Source: a virus (lineage: Duplodnaviria; Caudoviricetes). Taken from it: a stretch of DNA of 53,939 bases. This document shows, in pieces, positions 51,245-53,939 of this stretch; within the stretch, counting starts at the first letter, position 1, and each line of letters starts with the position of its first letter. The notes beneath the pieces are model-generated. The model did no database searches, was not told where the DNA came from, and worked only from the letters and a program-made list of their open reading frames with translations. A program made the translations under genes and the position numbers. The stretch is taken from positions 1 to 53,939 of IMG/VR virus record IMGVR_UViG_3300027741_000088, one strand, 5' to 3'.

Positions 51245-51307
51245 ACTAATAAATTTATATTTATTAACTTACAAAATTTAACATTTTCATAGTTAACTAA
51301 CTTAGAA

Positions 51308-52057
51308 TTATTTAGGTAAAAATAGCCAGTCAGAAATTCCTACTTGCTCTAATGAATATCCTATATCTGTTAACATTTTAAACTCTTTTGCAGTATGTTC
51401 TATACTGGTTTGACCAAAGTGATTTGACCAGCATTCTAAAGTTATAATAGGTTTAAATTTTTTAATAGTCTCTAAACCACCATTTATTGCTCTTGGTTCA
51501 TAACCTTCTACATCTAATTTAATAAAATCCAGCTTGTCGAGATTTAAAAAATCTATACTAACTGTTTTAATTGGGTAGCATTCATTAGAGGTTACTGTCA
51601 TGTGGTCATATGGAGGAGCTCCCATGGGGTTGCTCTCTAGCCCTGAACCCCCTAAATTATAAAACGGCATCCAATCAAATTTTGATATACTCTGATTATC
51701 AGACAATGCATCACTAAGAACGATGGTATTCAAACAGTTATTTCTGATCACATTTCTTCTAAGCAATTCATTAGATTCTCTTAAAGGCTCAAAACAATAA
51801 AGCCTCTTTGCTAATTTAGATAGTTTGACACTGTGTGAACCAATATGACAGCCACCCTCAAGCACAACAGAATCATTAGTTACATATTTTTCAAAAATTT
51901 TATGCAAATGAGGTTCCCAAATTTTATTTTGTTTTAATTCCACACCTATAAAATCATGACGGAACACATAAAAAAAAGCAGATTCTGCATTGTGATAGTT
52001 CTGAACTTCAAATTCATTAGGTTCAACATCATATTTCTGTAATAACATTTCATCCAT
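51308..52057 (-). CDS. FkbM-family methyltransferase
   Basis: WEPH, VLEGGCHIG, CFEP, LDFIKLDVEGYE, KPIITLE. Confidence 0.9.
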   Translation of the reverse strand: MDEMLLQKYDVEPNEFEVQNYHNAESAFFYVFRHDFIGVELKQNKIWEPHLHKIFEKYVTNDSVVLEGGCHIGSHSVKLSKLAKRLYCFEPLRESNELLRRNVIRNNCLNTIVLSDALSDNQSISKFDWMPFYNLGGSGLESNPMGAPPYDHMTVTSNECYPIKTVSIDFLNLDKLDFIKLDVEGYEPRAINGGLETIKKFKPIITLECWSNHFGQTSIEHTAKEFKMLTDIGYSLEQVGISDWLFLPK

Positions 52058-52061
52058 AAAC

Positions 52062-53240
52062 TTATATTACTAAATCATTTATTAAATTCAACCACATTTC
52101 ACCTACTTTTTGAATATTAAAATTTTCTAAAATGTAGTCTGAACCTGATGTTTGCAGAGCTTGTTTCAAAGCAGAGTTTGATTCGATTTCATTAAATTTA
52201 TTAACAATATTTGAAGTTATTTTAAAATGACCATCTACATCTTTTGATAAAGGCTCTTTTTGCATATTTTCAAAAGAAATACCTGGAGGTTCATTTAACC
52301 AAGCGCAATAATTTTTAAAAACATCAGGTAGAGCACCCAAAGGATAGGTAATAACTATAACACCTAAAGCAATTGCTTCAGCTACAACACAAGAAAATGT
52401 ATCTTTATGTACATCTTGGTAAGGCGTATACAGAGGGTATATAAAATACTCGCTTTCCGCTAAATGTTTAAATAAAGTTTTCTTATCTACACTGTCGTGT
52501 CTATGAAAAAATTCATCCTTGTGGTCATGTATTACCATCAAATAATCAAATGCATGAAATTCTTTTTCAGGTATATTTATATTTCTTACAGCATCTACAG
52601 AAATATCGCCTCCTCGAGGCCAAGAAGCATGAAATATAAACTTTCCTTTCTTTTTTGTATAGTTCTTTGCTTTGATTTCATTAATAATTTCGTCAAAAAT
52701 AGGATTAGGTATTTGTTTTTTTATTGATTTAGGTATTTTAGCTTGTATATACGGAAAAGTCCCTTCATTCATTTTTTCTTCCCAGTCTGATATATGAACT
52801 AACCCGATTGATAAATTATGTTTTTCAGCATATTCAACAAACTTATATGTACCGTAAACCCATTGCATATGTGACCAATAGATAAGACTTTTAGTTACTT
52901 TTATTGGTAAATTTTCATAATCTTCAAACCATAACATGCTAATAAGAACATCAAACGTTTTATCTTCTATACCATCAAAATTAAGATTGGTGTACTTTAC
53001 ACCATAAAATGCTTCACCTGGTGTGTAGGACCTACCCATATTTTTATAGGATTCATTTAAAGGAGCATCTATTATATCTGATGCAAAAACAACTTCATGC
53101 CCATTTTTAGCTAAAAACTCAGCCACCAGTATTGCGCTTGTATCTGTACCAGATCCACCAGCTCCATCGTGTCTTAAAGTATGACCATTTAAAAAATTGC
53201 TTCTTCTGCTATTTCCTATAACCACAAAAGCTATTCTCAT
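52062..53240 (-). CDS. GT-B fold glycosyltransferase (GT4-like)
   Basis: GGSGTDTS..LVAE.LAKNGHEV; ASWPRG; DTFSCVVAEAIALG...GAL.D. Confidence 0.75.
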   Translation of the reverse strand: MRIAFVVIGNSRRSNFLNGHTLRHDGAGGSGTDTSAILVAEFLAKNGHEVVFASDIIDAPLNESYKNMGRSYTPGEAFYGVKYTNLNFDGIEDKTFDVLISMLWFEDYENLPIKVTKSLIYWSHMQWVYGTYKFVEYAEKHNLSIGLVHISDWEEKMNEGTFPYIQAKIPKSIKKQIPNPIFDEIINEIKAKNYTKKKGKFIFHASWPRGGDISVDAVRNINIPEKEFHAFDYLMVIHDHKDEFFHRHDSVDKKTLFKHLAESEYFIYPLYTPYQDVHKDTFSCVVAEAIALGVIVITYPLGALPDVFKNYCAWLNEPPGISFENMQKEPLSKDVDGHFKITSNIVNKFNEIESNSALKQALQTSGSDYILENFNIQKVGEMWLNLINDLVI

Positions 53241-53938
53241 AAATCACCATCCTGTCTCTCACCAAAGCTATTCGACTCTTCGTAAAATGGATGCATGATC
53301 CATTTTGCAGGTTTATCTTCTGATTCAAACTCAAGCTTAAGAATATTATTATTAAGAGCAAAACATTCAGGAGCATCTTTTTCAAAATAATCTTTTCTAT
53401 AAATCTCTTGATTAAACTTACTGTGTACACCTAAAGCAATAAACTTAAGTTTTTGTTTTTTATCAATCTTACTCAAGTTAATAGGAACAGAAAGATTGTA
53501 TTTTTCTTTTCTAATGTCATCTTCCCAGCTGATAGGATTTGGTGGCTCTTTAGCTGCTAGTGTGTAGTTTTGAATGCGGCACTTCTTAAAATCAAACCCA
53601 CCAAACTCTTCATAGTCTTTCAAAGTGCGCGCCGTTCCAAGCCCATATATACCAATATCTATATTGTGCTGCTCTTGTTCAAATAACTGCCTGGTTTTAT
53701 TTCTTGCATAGATATCTCTTTCATAGCTTGCTTTTTTACCATGCTCATTTTTCCCATGATCATCCCAATGCTTTCTTCTATAGTTTCTCGTATATTCATG
53801 CCAGATATATTGTCTATATGGACTATAAAAATCATAACCACACGTATATGCTCTAACTGACATTGTTGTCTCTTCTACATAACCACCAAAATAGATGTCT
53901 GGATCATAGGGTACTTCTTCAATAAACTTACCATCTAC
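53237..53938 (-). CDS. GT60-like polypeptide alpha-GlcNAc transferase, C-terminal part (5' end outside window)
   Basis: Frame is open to the window edge: EEVPYDPDIYFGGYVEETTMSVRAYTCGYDFYSP...WHEYTR...YGLGTARTLKDYEEFGGFDF, the motif set of the Gnt1/Gnt2 GlcNAc-transferase family. Confidence 0.78.
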   Translation of the reverse strand, partial: VDGKFIEEVPYDPDIYFGGYVEETTMSVRAYTCGYDFYSPYRQYIWHEYTRNYRRKHWDDHGKNEHGKKASYERDIYARNKTRQLFEQEQHNIDIGIYGLGTARTLKDYEEFGGFDFKKCRIQNYTLAAKEPPNPISWEDDIRKEKYNLSVPINLSKIDKKQKLKFIALGVHSKFNQEIYRKDYFEKDAPECFALNNNILKLEFESEDKPAKWIMHPFYEESNSFGERQDGDL

Positions 53939-53939
53939 T

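Overview
A 54 kb piece of a large, AT-rich, T4-like myovirus genome, probably infecting a Gram-negative host (lipoprotein-containing lysis cassette). Positions 1-33.5 kb are the tail/baseplate module: the end of a tape-measure-like gene, gp48-, gp53-, gp27-, gp25- and gp6-like genes, and very large outer-baseplate and fibre proteins carrying Pro-Thr linkers, RCC1-like, LRR, lectin-like and gp38-like Gly-rich domains. A gp16-like gene, dUTPase and a clamp loader are interleaved. Positions 33.5-54 kb are accessory: nuclease, dCMP deaminase, ferritin-like protein, tRNAs, tmRNA, lysis genes, nucleotide-sugar enzymes (GME, RmlB), a second tail fibre and a glycosyltransferase operon (GT60, GT4-like, FkbM, GT25, GT11). 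Main leads: (1) a candidate mucin-type virion O-glycosylation system, pairing a GT60 polypeptide GlcNAc-transferase with PT/PTVT linkers and an enriched [LIV][ST][AGS] motif; (2) a tRNA-Arg(UCU)-like gene with no D-arm and a D-loop-like sequence in the variable-arm position; (3) a tmRNA whose 33-codon tag ends in ELV instead of AA; (4) a perfect, in-frame 122 bp inverted repeat shared by two convergent tail-fibre genes, so inversion would swap their C-termini; (5) apparently leaderless transcription of most independently started genes, with one GC-rich, SD-led exception. All family calls come from motif recognition by eye, not from database searches.
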